A DNA stretch of 64,000 nucleotides from NCBI GenBank assembly GCA_028689995.1, contig JAQVCB010000005.1, positions 1,367 to 65,366 of the forward strand. Direction: 5' to 3'. The stretch comes from Candidatus Gastranaerophilales bacterium. Its GTDB lineage: Bacteria > Cyanobacteriota > Vampirovibrionia > Gastranaerophilales > UBA9579. The notes beneath the pieces were generated by a model. It searched no databases. It was not told the DNA's origin and saw only the letters and a list, made by a program, of their open reading frames with translations. A program made the position numbers and the translations under genes. This document shows, piece after piece, positions 20,647-29,911 of this stretch (positions within the stretch are counted from its first letter, which is position 1; every line of letters begins with the position of its first letter).

Positions 20647-21582
20647 ATGAATGTACTGAGCAAAGAGTATCAATCAAAATTTAAAGATGAAAACTTGATT
20701 TCAAAAGACATTTACAATGTATTAAAAATGGGAGGAATAAGACCTCACAAGGGCATAAACAGCCCGATAAGTTCACAGGCAAGTTGTATGAATTTCTGGT
20801 ATCCGTTTATAAAAGAAGAGAGAAAGGAGGATTTAAAAGAATTTTTGAAATGTTTTGGACTGGAAGTTGACAGTATAATTACAATTAAGCCAAATTCAAC
20901 ATTTGAAGATGCTATTTACAGAGATAGCGGAAATGTCCTGTTTGAATGGATAGGACCAATAAAATCACCTATTGGGGAAGATGATGGCTATTTAAGAGGG
21001 CATCACAGAACAAGTATTGATGCTTATATTTTGGCTTATATAAAGGGAAAAGTTACTCAAATTCTTATTGAATGGAAGTTTACGGAGACATATTCATCAA
21101 AATATAATACAGGTAAGTTTTTAGGAGCAAAGGGAATCGAAAGACTTGCAAGGTATTCTCCGATAATTGCAAGAGACAGACAGAGAAAACAAGAGATACT
21201 ATTTAAATTGGATTCCGTTGATAATTGGGGATTATATGATATTTGCTATGAACCATTTTATCAGCTACTTAGACAGCACATGCTAGGTCAAGAAACAATT
21301 GGTAAAAATTTTGGAAATTACTTTATTCAGGATTATATCGTTATGCACTTGAGTCATAGCAAAAACAACAAGCTAAATTTTTTAGCTCCACAGCATTGTG
21401 AGTATGCAAAAGGATTAGAACCTTTTATTGGTCTTGAGCTTCATGAAATTTGGTATAAGTTATTAAATGAAAATCATCAAAAACGTTTTATAGGTGCATA
21501 TTGGAATGAATGTTTTAAACGATATATCCCACCAATAGAACTTTCGGAGTGGTTTGAATATATCAAAAAAAGATATATCTGA
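20647..21582 (+). CDS. hypothetical protein with PD-(D/E)XK-like motif
   Basis: SIDAYILAYIKGKVTQILIEWKFTE fits D-x(n)-E-x-K. N-terminal SSQASCMNFWYPF. AGGAGG lies 5 nt upstream of the ATG. Confidence 0.4.
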   Translation: MNVLSKEYQSKFKDENLISKDIYNVLKMGGIRPHKGINSPISSQASCMNFWYPFIKEERKEDLKEFLKCFGLEVDSIITIKPNSTFEDAIYRDSGNVLFEWIGPIKSPIGEDDGYLRGHHRTSIDAYILAYIKGKVTQILIEWKFTETYSSKYNTGKFLGAKGIERLARYSPIIARDRQRKQEILFKLDSVDNWGLYDICYEPFYQLLRQHMLGQETIGKNFGNYFIQDYIVMHLSHSKNNKLNFLAPQHCEYAKGLEPFIGLELHEIWYKLLNENHQKRFIGAYWNECFKRYIPPIELSEWFEYIKKRYI

Positions 21583-21736
21583 TTAATCTTAAGGTTTACA
21601 AATGTCGATTTTTCTTATTGTAATTAATCTTTGATAATATTTTAATATAATTGAACGATTTGAACACTTGCAATTTTATAATTCATGCTGTATCCTTTTT
21701 CATGTAATAGACATGTAAATGAAGAAAGGATAAAAA

Positions 21737-23044
21737 ATGCTTAACGAAAATTTAGAATTATTTAAAAGAATTGCATTGAGTATTGCTTATGTTAGAGAAC
21801 TAAACAGGTATTATTATGCAGATAATGACTGGAAAGAATGTTCGAAAAAGAATTTAGAATTCATAGTTAAGCAAATGTTAAAAAAAGAAATTACTAATAG
21901 TGACAATATATCTGCAAAAACAGAATTAATAGCAATACTCAACAAAAAAGACTTCGGATACTATTCATATTCGACATACTTGACGGACTTTTTAAATAGA
22001 ATTCAAGAACTAAGCTTGGTTAATATAGATAAATTAAATAGTGATCCAAGTTTATTGAGAACAAAATCAAATTATTATGATTTACAGAAAAACAAAGTTG
22101 CTGAATCTGATACAAAATATAATCACATGATTTCCTCATTTGGAACAAGTTATGATCCTGAAGCAAAAGCTCCAAATTGGGAAAAATTTATTTTAGATAT
22201 TACTTCTAACAATCAGGAATATGCTGGTTATTTGCAACGTATTGTTGGCTATACTTTAACAGGATTTAATGTAGAACAATGTGCGTTTTTCCTGATCGGT
22301 TCAGGAGCAAACGGGAAAACTGTATTTGCAGAAACCTTAAAAAATTTGTTTAGTTCTTTTGCCACCATAATAGACAAGAAACTTTTAGTTACAATAGGAA
22401 AAAGTGCCGATATGGAAATTTTAAACCTAATTGGTAAGCGGTTAGCTATTTTAAATGAACTTGATGCTGATACAAAGATAAGAATTGATACATTTAAAAA
22501 AATTACAGGCTCAGATTCTTTGAGCTTTGAATATAATAAACAACATATTGACTTTCAAAATACTGCTAAAATATTTATACTATCAAATACTTTTCCTGAT
22601 ATACAAGATTATACTTATGCCACTTGGCGAAGGATAAAGGTTTTACCTTTTAATAATCAATTTGATGGAAAAAACAGAGATTTGTTTTTAATCGAAGAAT
22701 TTAAAAAGGGATTGCCAGGAATTTTAAACTGGGCAATCGAAGGCTATAAACTTTGGAAAGAGGAAGGTTACTTAAAAGATCCTGAGGTTGTTACAAAAGC
22801 CAAACAGGATATTTTATACAAATTAGATCCTGTTGCCTTATTCCTTAAGGAAAAATGTAATACCGATAATAATTCTGAATGTAGTAGTTCTGCCCTTTAT
22901 TCTTCATATAAAGAATGGTGTAATGATTATATCAAGCCATTTGCAATTAATAAATTCGGAACTATTATTACAGGAAAGGGATTTAAACAAATTCGACTCT
23001 CAGATGGAAATAGGGGGTATAGTGGTCTAAGTCTTGCCTCTTAA
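21737..23044 (+). CDS. P4/D5-family primase-helicase C-terminal NTPase
   Basis: Walker A GSGANGKT, Walker B-like LAILNELD. Overall pattern of phage/plasmid primase P4-family C-terminal domain. Confidence 0.8.
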   Translation: MLNENLELFKRIALSIAYVRELNRYYYADNDWKECSKKNLEFIVKQMLKKEITNSDNISAKTELIAILNKKDFGYYSYSTYLTDFLNRIQELSLVNIDKLNSDPSLLRTKSNYYDLQKNKVAESDTKYNHMISSFGTSYDPEAKAPNWEKFILDITSNNQEYAGYLQRIVGYTLTGFNVEQCAFFLIGSGANGKTVFAETLKNLFSSFATIIDKKLLVTIGKSADMEILNLIGKRLAILNELDADTKIRIDTFKKITGSDSLSFEYNKQHIDFQNTAKIFILSNTFPDIQDYTYATWRRIKVLPFNNQFDGKNRDLFLIEEFKKGLPGILNWAIEGYKLWKEEGYLKDPEVVTKAKQDILYKLDPVALFLKEKCNTDNNSECSSSALYSSYKEWCNDYIKPFAINKFGTIITGKGFKQIRLSDGNRGYSGLSLAS

Positions 23045-23069
23045 AGCATCTTTGGTATTTATATAATTT

Positions 23070-23111
23070 AATCCTATCTTATACAGAATTTAAAGGTAGG
23101 ATTATTTTTTT
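23070..23111 (+). terminator. rho-independent terminator of primase gene
   Basis: 9-bp stem (23070-23078 with 23095-23103, one G-U) followed by a T-run at 23105-23111. Confidence 0.55.
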
Positions 23112-23488
23112 ATAACGTTATTTCTTATTACGGAACTTCTAATAATTTGTCACAATTTACGTATATAAATCATGGCAAAAGGAAATCCAGTTATCATACC
23201 CTCCACATGAAGGTATCATCTTTGTGTGTAATAATTGGGTTTCTGCTTGTCTTTTTAAGACAAGGCTTTTTGCTGTCCACATAAAAAATATAATTGAATA
23301 TCCTTTGCTATTAAATTTAAAGATATACCCAATAGCTCAATATGGGAGCTAAATAATCTCCATATTCAAGCTAGGTGCAGGACTGCTAATTCACAACAAA
23401 TCCAGCACTGAGGCGTTTAGAGTTGCAGAATCAATGTTCGATATAGCTGATTCCAGCTCGAACCTAAAGTCTATTAGGCAGGATTGAC

Positions 23489-23621
23489 AGGTGTTAAAAT
23501 TAAAAATAGAAAAAGAATTAAAAGAAAAAGAAGAAATAAAATAAGAAAAATTAAAATTAGAAAAATTAAAATTAGAATTTAAAAATTAAATTAAAAAAGA
23601 AGATAAAGAAAAGAATAAAGA
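23489..23621 (+). repeat. 133-nt C-free A/G-rich tract with tandem 15-mers
   Basis: No C on the plus strand from 23489 to 23621. GAAAAATTAAAATTA occurs twice in tandem (23545-23559, 23560-23574). Confidence 0.8.
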
Positions 23622-23985
23622 CAGAGAAGATAATGATAAATACAATAGTAATAGTAGAACAATACTGATAATAACTAATAAATACTTTATTTAATAATGC
23701 ACCTTGAAATCTGAATAAGCTAAAATAAAGACTTTTGAAATACTGATCATCTGAAAAGCCACTATAGGGCGGTATTTTAAAATTTCATGCAATAATTTGT
23801 TACAATTTATTGACACCGACTACTGCATACTACTTCTATTATTGGTATATAACAAATTAATTAGTCTGAATGACACACTTGACAGACTTTATTGAAATTT
23901 TGACCTTTTTTGAATTAGTCAAAATAAGACTTTATAGGTCAAATATCTTATTTGTTACATACATACAAAATGAAAGGAGTAAAGT

Positions 23986-24426
23986 ATGACAAATTCAGTA
24001 AATGCAGTAGTTAAGTATCCTTGCAAAGAGGTTACTACAAAATTTGGCAGAAAGCTGAACGTGGTTTTTCAAACACAGAATGGTGAACTCATTACAAAAT
24101 GGGGAAACCCCGAAGACGATGATTTAATGCTGTATAAGAAAAATCAAAAGGTATCATTGACAAAGACCGCGAACAACAAAATTATTGTTATGCCTTTAGG
24201 CGAAGGTGTTGAACAGGTTGCTCAAAAGGTAATCCGTCAGGAGCAGCAAAATGAAAATGTCAAAGACCTGTTATTGAAAAAGGCAAAAGATTTGGCAATT
24301 CATTATAACAACTGTGACAAACTTGTTAGAGAGCATATTACTGACTATAAGACTGAAGACAGTTTAAGAGCCATTACAACAACTGTGTTTTTGCAATCTG
24401 TAAGAAGTCTTGCAGGAGGTAGATAA
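23986..24426 (+). CDS. hypothetical protein
   Basis: 146-aa ORF with GGAG upstream. Its stop overlaps the ArdC-like start (TAATG). Confidence 0.45.
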   Translation: MTNSVNAVVKYPCKEVTTKFGRKLNVVFQTQNGELITKWGNPEDDDLMLYKKNQKVSLTKTANNKIIVMPLGEGVEQVAQKVIRQEQQNENVKDLLLKKAKDLAIHYNNCDKLVREHITDYKTEDSLRAITTTVFLQSVRSLAGGR

Positions 24427-25166
24427 TGAATTTTAAATCTGAAATTACAAACAAGATTATTCAAGCTCTTGAAAAGGGTGTTACACCTTGGCAATGTCCT
24501 TTTGAACGTTGTTCAATCCCTGTTAATTACAAAACAAAACAACGATATAATGGAATAAATACATTATCACTATGGCTATCAGCCATTTTAAGAGGATACA
24601 CAAGCAATTACTGGCTAGGGTTTTCTCAGGCAAAAAGCCTGAAAGGTAAAGTTAAAAAGGGTGAGAAAGCAACAAGTGTAATTGTTTGTATGACAAAAGC
24701 AAAATCTGATGAGAGTGATGACAGGGAAGTCATCACTCCATTTTTTAAAACAGCCGATCCAGTAATTAGATATCAGGGAGAAAAGGCTTATTTCAGCTTA
24801 TCAGAAGATTTCATAAATATGCCTTTTAAATCCAAGTTTAAAGATAACGAAGGATTTTATTCGACTCTGTTTCACGAATTGATACACTGGACAGGGCATA
24901 AATCAAGACTTGACAGACTTGACAAACTTAATCGAGAAAATCACGAAAATCGTGCATTTGAAGAGCTTGTTGCCGAGATAGGCGCAAGCTTTTTATGTGC
25001 TGAATATGGAATTAAGCCAAATATAGAAAACACTTCAAGTTATGTTGCAAGTTGGCTAAAAGAATTAAAGAATAACCCAAATTACATATTTAAAGCATGC
25101 AGAGAAGCAAATTCGGCTCTGAATTACCTCAAAGAGCTTGTACTCAATAAATCAAAAGTAGCGTAG
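24426..25166 (+). CDS. ArdC-like antirestriction protein (ssDNA-binding N-domain + zincin)
   Basis: GVTPWQCPF...YNGINTLSLW...GFSQAKSLKGKVKKGEKA (ArdC-N pattern) and HExxH motif HELIHWTGH. Confidence 0.75.
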   Translation: MNFKSEITNKIIQALEKGVTPWQCPFERCSIPVNYKTKQRYNGINTLSLWLSAILRGYTSNYWLGFSQAKSLKGKVKKGEKATSVIVCMTKAKSDESDDREVITPFFKTADPVIRYQGEKAYFSLSEDFINMPFKSKFKDNEGFYSTLFHELIHWTGHKSRLDRLDKLNRENHENRAFEELVAEIGASFLCAEYGIKPNIENTSSYVASWLKELKNNPNYIFKACREANSALNYLKELVLNKSKVA

Positions 25167-25209
25167 ATAGTATTGTTAAAATCAAAATCAATCGAAAGGA
25201 ACAAAATCT

Positions 25210-25395
25210 ATGCAAACTTTACTTGATGTAACGCAACTGGCACAAATGCTAAAAATTGAGGTATCAACAATCTATGATTGGGTACATAAAAAGAAAATCA
25301 AGTACATCAAGATTGGCAGGCTTTTAAGATTCAGGCAGGAAGATATTGAAGCACTTATTCAAAGTAATACTTACGAAAAAGAGTATGTAAGGTAA
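25210..25395 (+). CDS. excisionase / AlpA-type HTH protein
   Basis: 61 aa. LAQMLKIEVSTIYDWVHKKKIKYIKIGRLLRF. Its stop is 2 nt before the integrase start. Confidence 0.7.
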   Translation: MQTLLDVTQLAQMLKIEVSTIYDWVHKKKIKYIKIGRLLRFRQEDIEALIQSNTYEKEYVR

Positions 25396-25397
25396 AT

Positions 25398-26486
25398 ATG
25401 GCAAAAGTTAAGAAAAGAGTTTGGATAAATAAAGACGGCTCAAAAGGACAAACTTGGACTGTTGATTTTATTGACAATCGAGGTAAACGAGCTATGAAAT
25501 CAGGTTTCAAGACCAAAGCAGAAGCTGAAAATTATCTTGCAAAGCTAAGATTGGAACTTGAAAAGGGAACATGTATAAATTCAAACAAAAATCTAACTTT
25601 TCACTTATTAGGTGAAGAATTTATCAAGAACTATGCGGAAATTTATTGCAAAACCTCAACCCTCATCGGGTATAAGAGTTATTTAAAAAATCACTTATAC
25701 CCGTTTTTTTCGCATAAAAAGATTCTGGATATTACTCCAAACTTTATAAGCAAATACATACAATTAAAGAAAGATGAGGGATTTTCAAACAAAACAATCA
25801 ATCACACACTGATTTTACTTGGAGGTATATTTAAAAGAGCTATGGAACAGGGATATATAACGAGAAATCCTGCATACAGCGTTAAAAAATTGAAGCTAGA
25901 ACACCTTGAGATGGGCTTTTTATATAGTAAAGAAATAAAAATTCTGTTAGAAAGCACTAAAGAAAAAGATCCTGATTTTTACCCTATACTACTTACCGCA
26001 ATTTCAACAGGATTAAGAAGAGGTGAGCTTATAGCACTTAACTGGAGTGATATTAATTTTAAAGAGTGCAAAATATCAGTCAGTAAAAGTATTTTCAGAG
26101 GACAAATTCAGGAACCTAAGACAAAGACCTCTATTAGAAAAGTTAATATGCCTCGAATTCTTATCGATGTTTTAAAAGAGCTTAAGGAAAAATCCAAAAG
26201 CGAGATCATTTTTACAAATAAAGAAGGTAACCATTTAGATCCCGATAATATGGTTAAAAGACACTTTTTGCCAAATTTAAAATCGGCAGGAATTAACAAA
26301 CAAATAAGATTTCACGATTTAAGACATACTTTTGCAAGCGCACTAATAGCTCAAAATGTTCCAATCAAGTATATACAGGCGCAAATGGGGCATAGCTCTA
26401 TTCAGGTTACATTAGATCGTTACGGTCATTTAATGCCAGAAGTTCATTTGCAAGGAATTGATGCAATGGAAAAGATTTTAGAATGA
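25398..26486 (+). CDS. tyrosine integrase (phage-integrase family)
   Basis: GLRRGEL (Arg), HDLRHTF (HxxR), GHSSIQVTLDRYGHL (His..Tyr). Confidence 0.9.
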   Translation: MAKVKKRVWINKDGSKGQTWTVDFIDNRGKRAMKSGFKTKAEAENYLAKLRLELEKGTCINSNKNLTFHLLGEEFIKNYAEIYCKTSTLIGYKSYLKNHLYPFFSHKKILDITPNFISKYIQLKKDEGFSNKTINHTLILLGGIFKRAMEQGYITRNPAYSVKKLKLEHLEMGFLYSKEIKILLESTKEKDPDFYPILLTAISTGLRRGELIALNWSDINFKECKISVSKSIFRGQIQEPKTKTSIRKVNMPRILIDVLKELKEKSKSEIIFTNKEGNHLDPDNMVKRHFLPNLKSAGINKQIRFHDLRHTFASALIAQNVPIKYIQAQMGHSSIQVTLDRYGHLMPEVHLQGIDAMEKILE

Positions 26487-26704
26487 ATTATTTTGATAAC
26501 GCAAGATTCTTTCTCTTTGAAAGATTTTATTATGAACATAATCACGATCTTAAAAAGTTAAAAAAATTTAATAACAGGCTAATAAGCGATAGAATTTATA
26601 ATTATGACGGCACACTTTTAAGGAAGTGTGTTTTAAAGTATTTGATCGATAAACCGAATTTAAAAATAATTGAGGTTGATGATAATGGTAAAAATGAAAT
26701 TTAA
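26483..26704 (+). CDS. hypothetical protein
   Basis: 73-aa ORF overlapping the int stop by 4 nt. Confidence 0.35.
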   Translation: MNYFDNARFFLFERFYYEHNHDLKKLKKFNNRLISDRIYNYDGTLLRKCVLKYLIDKPNLKIIEVDDNGKNEI

Positions 26705-27786
26705 TGATCCCAAATATGTCATATGACTGTGATAAAATTAGTTATATCAGCATAAAGGAGTTTCTTATGAAACAAAATGATAGTTTAAGATATTCAAGAA
26801 TGAGCGATATAATCCAGATAGTAATCAAAATGCAAGGAACTAGAGAAGGATTGACTTTAACGGATATTGCAAAAGAATTAAATGCCACAAGAAGAACAGC
26901 AGAACGCGTTAAAAATGCTATACTCTGCAATTTCCCACAAATTGACGAGCTTGAAATAGACGGCAGGTTTAAAAGATGGGGATTTACAAACTGGCATGGG
27001 CGAAATGAATTTATTAGTGGAATTATTGGTTTTTTGCCCGAAGAAATATTAGAACTTGAAAAACTCAAGAAACAGGCTATTAGAAATGGGCAGGAACAGA
27101 ATGCTAAAATTTTAAAGGAAATTATCGATAAAATTAACGCTCTTATGAGAGATTCAAGAGATAATTCCTATGATGCTGAAGAAAACATCAAAACACTTTT
27201 AGAACTTGAAGGATATGCAATTAGTCAATTCTCAAAAGAAAAGCTTGATTTTAATACCTTAAATACTATAAGGAAAAGCTTAAAAACCAATAAAATGTTG
27301 AGTTTTAAATATACAAAACGAAACGGTGAAAATACCGTTAGAAAAGTGGCACCTTATGGTCTTTTGTATAATTTAAAAAGTTATTTAATTGCTAAGGATG
27401 GCATAGTAAAGCTTTTTGACCTTAGCAACATGGAAGATATTACACTTGAGGGAGAGAGTTTTCAGCCAGATAAAGACTTTAATCTGGAAAACTTTGCAAG
27501 CAGGTCTTTTGGAATTTATCAGGAAGAACCTATGCAAATAAAGCTTTTATTTGATAAAGAAGCTAGTAAAGATGCTAAAAACTATTATTTTCACCCTACG
27601 CAAATAGTTAAAGAGAATCAGTACGGTACCGTTCAAGTAGAATTTTATGCAGGCGGAACAAAAGCTATGTGTTGGGAATTTTTTAAATGGGGTGAACATA
27701 TAAAAATACTTGAACCTCTTAGCTTGAGATATCTCTATCTGGAAGAATTACAAAAGATACTTAATAATAGCCAAAAAACAGGTTAA
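26704..27786 (+). CDS. WYL-domain transcriptional regulator (HTH-WYL-WCX)
   Basis: wHTH LTLTDIAKELNATRRTAER and WYL-type segment VAPYGLLYNLKSYLIAKDG. The probable real start is ATG 26767, preceded by AAGGAG. Confidence 0.7.
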   Translation: MIPNMSYDCDKISYISIKEFLMKQNDSLRYSRMSDIIQIVIKMQGTREGLTLTDIAKELNATRRTAERVKNAILCNFPQIDELEIDGRFKRWGFTNWHGRNEFISGIIGFLPEEILELEKLKKQAIRNGQEQNAKILKEIIDKINALMRDSRDNSYDAEENIKTLLELEGYAISQFSKEKLDFNTLNTIRKSLKTNKMLSFKYTKRNGENTVRKVAPYGLLYNLKSYLIAKDGIVKLFDLSNMEDITLEGESFQPDKDFNLENFASRSFGIYQEEPMQIKLLFDKEASKDAKNYYFHPTQIVKENQYGTVQVEFYAGGTKAMCWEFFKWGEHIKILEPLSLRYLYLEELQKILNNSQKTG

Positions 27787-27893
27787 ACTGTCGGAAAATC
27801 CAGCCCTTATTATAGGAAAGGCAAAATTTTGACCCCTAAAGGGTATATAGAGAAGCATCTCGCCTCGTCAAATGACCTCCTCGTCGATATTTA
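27783..27893 (+). repeat. conserved non-coding tail of WYL gene, copy 1
   Basis: Repeated at 32085-32194. The inner 73 nt (27821-27893) are 72/73 identical to 32122-32194. Confidence 0.85.
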
Positions 27894-27947
27894 GATCATT
27901 AAAAGAAGAATACAAAAACGCAATCGAAAAAATGTATAAGAAAGTTA

Positions 27948-28742
27948 GTGAGTAAAAAAGAAAGGCAGAAAATTATGGAAGCAAAATTTAAGCAAAATAT
28001 TAGAATATTAAACGATAATAAAGAAGAAAAAGAAGAGGCAAAATTTATTGTTGAAAAATATTCATTAATTGATCTAATAGGTAAGGTAAAATCACAAGAT
28101 GAAATCGATAAAAAACGTAAAAATCAAACTATATCTTATTATTTTGAAGATATTAAAACCCCTTTGCTACCCGGAGAACAATGGCTACCATATTGGAGCT
28201 CAGAAAATAAAAATACTTCAGGATGGATAGAAAAGTACAAAGAAGTTAAATCTATTGATGCAAGCAATTTAGGAAGAGTTCGCTTTTTTAATTTAGAAAA
28301 TGAAAAACAAATAAAACCACAAATAGAGTATTACACCCAAAGGAAAGGGTATTTGTGCTTAGAAGGTAAATATACACAATTACCAAATGATTTAGTATAT
28401 CAAATAATTGCAAATGTTTGGCTTGAAGAATACCAAGAATCAAAGCCAGATGGTCTAAACAGAAGAGATGAAGACAAGTGTCCTTGGGCTGTTCACCATA
28501 TTTCAAATGATGGCTATGATAATAGACCAGAAAACCTAATTTGGCTTAAATGGTGTGATCATGCATGTGTCCATCCATTCATGATTAATTTCAACATTCC
28601 TTCCGTGTGCAGAAAGTGTTCAGTGAGTCAAGAGCTTAAACATATTTTAGGAAAATATAAAAGTGAAAAAAATATTCGTACTATTAATGATTTACCAGAT
28701 TGGAGCATTTTTTTAATAGACGAAAATAATTTTCGTGCATAA
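27948..28742 (+). CDS. HNH endonuclease with NUMOD4-like N-domain
   Basis: GEQWLPYW...ASNLGRVRF (NUMOD4-like) and VHHISNDGYDNRPENLIWL (HNH). An alternative ATG start lies at 27975. Confidence 0.75.
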   Translation: MSKKERQKIMEAKFKQNIRILNDNKEEKEEAKFIVEKYSLIDLIGKVKSQDEIDKKRKNQTISYYFEDIKTPLLPGEQWLPYWSSENKNTSGWIEKYKEVKSIDASNLGRVRFFNLENEKQIKPQIEYYTQRKGYLCLEGKYTQLPNDLVYQIIANVWLEEYQESKPDGLNRRDEDKCPWAVHHISNDGYDNRPENLIWLKWCDHACVHPFMINFNIPSVCRKCSVSQELKHILGKYKSEKNIRTINDLPDWSIFLIDENNFRA

Positions 28743-29154
28743 TTTTCCCTTACATATAAGAAATGGTGCTGATAGAAAGAAAAGGATTCTTGTCGTTGAT
28801 GATTCCGCTAATTGGATAAAAACGCATACCTTTGCTCTAAAATACCATTTTGGGGAAAAGGTTAAGATTGATTGTGCAAATTCTGCAAAACAGGGGTATC
28901 AGTGCATAACCAACAAACTCTTAGAACCCTATGACATAATAATTGTTGATATGGAGATGGAGGATGATTTTACTCCCCTAAATGCAGGTGAGTGGTTAAT
29001 TAAGCAAATTCAAGTGTTTAAGGAATATGATTGCGCAAGAATTTTTATTGTGTCTTCAATTGCTGAGATAAACGAAATTGCCAAAAAATACGGTGTGAGT
29101 TGCCTTCCAAAAGATAAATGCGAAAACATTATGGAATATAAGGTTTTTGAGTAA
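28735..29154 (+). CDS. stand-alone response-regulator receiver (REC) domain protein
   Basis: ILVVDDS, IIIVDMEM (acceptor Asp), FIVSS, LPKD. No output domain. 8-nt overlap with the HNH gene. Confidence 0.7.
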   Translation: MHNFPLHIRNGADRKKRILVVDDSANWIKTHTFALKYHFGEKVKIDCANSAKQGYQCITNKLLEPYDIIIVDMEMEDDFTPLNAGEWLIKQIQVFKEYDCARIFIVSSIAEINEIAKKYGVSCLPKDKCENIMEYKVFE

Positions 29155-29911
29155 TCTTTTTAAAAAAGCACTTAAAAAAAGGAAGTATAAAAACATGAAT
29201 TTCAAGAAAAATACTACAGTAGAACACGAACAGATAACCCAGCAAGAAATAAATGATACCCTTCAAGAGGTTCTTAAATATTGCGGTCTGAAAATTAAGG
29301 GAGTGGATGACAAAGGTGAATTTTTTGTCGATATAAATTTGGGATTCGATTATTTATCATTTTCTCTCGATAAAGATAGACAATTTAGTTCTCGTAGCAG
29401 TGGAAGATATTCTCCAATTATCAGCCAATTAACTCCAACTCCTGCTCTTTTGTTTATTGCGGAGAAAATTCTTGATAAAGACAGATACAAAAAAATTACA
29501 CCAAGAACATCTGCAGGAAAAATTTTATCTCTTATCAAAGAAAAGATTTGGGACTTTATTATAGACGATAATTGGTATAATGACTTGCTAATCTCTGGAA
29601 TTTATTATCCTTCAGGTGATATAAAAATAGCTACCGAAATAGAAAACAGCTATGATACCCTGAAATATTACTCTGCATCCCAGGATGGAAGTGGTAATTT
29701 TTCGAATTGTTGGAATTTTGACGGTACCGATTATCCAAAAGGAACATTTGATAGTGTTTTAACTTTAGCGAAAGAACTTCGCAAAAAAGAAACTAAATGG
29801 CAAAAATTTATTAACAGAATCTTTCATTATAGCTCCTATAAGTTTTCACATCACGACTGTTTGTTGTTGCTGGATGAAATTAATAGCATTAAACGGATTG
29901 TTGAAAAATGA
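29147..29911 (+). CDS. hypothetical protein
   Basis: 254-aa ORF with an 8-nt overlap upstream and a 4-nt overlap downstream. No motif recognised. Confidence 0.45.
   Translation: MSNLFKKALKKRKYKNMNFKKNTTVEHEQITQQEINDTLQEVLKYCGLKIKGVDDKGEFFVDINLGFDYLSFSLDKDRQFSSRSSGRYSPIISQLTPTPALLFIAEKILDKDRYKKITPRTSAGKILSLIKEKIWDFIIDDNWYNDLLISGIYYPSGDIKIATEIENSYDTLKYYSASQDGSGNFSNCWNFDGTDYPKGTFDSVLTLAKELRKKETKWQKFINRIFHYSSYKFSHHDCLLLLDEINSIKRIVEK

Noticed and set aside
23489-23640. Possible CRISPR or other spacer-repeat array in the A-rich tandem region
   Set aside because: Only two adjacent 15-mers with no spacers. The tract is low-complexity A/G sequence and no cas genes are in the window.
27829-27850. TTGACC ... 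TATATA inside the conserved 73-mer as a canonical sigma70 promoter
   Set aside because: The spacer between the two hexamers is about 11 nt, far from the 16-18 nt optimum, and alternative -35 hexamers at correct spacing are poor matches.
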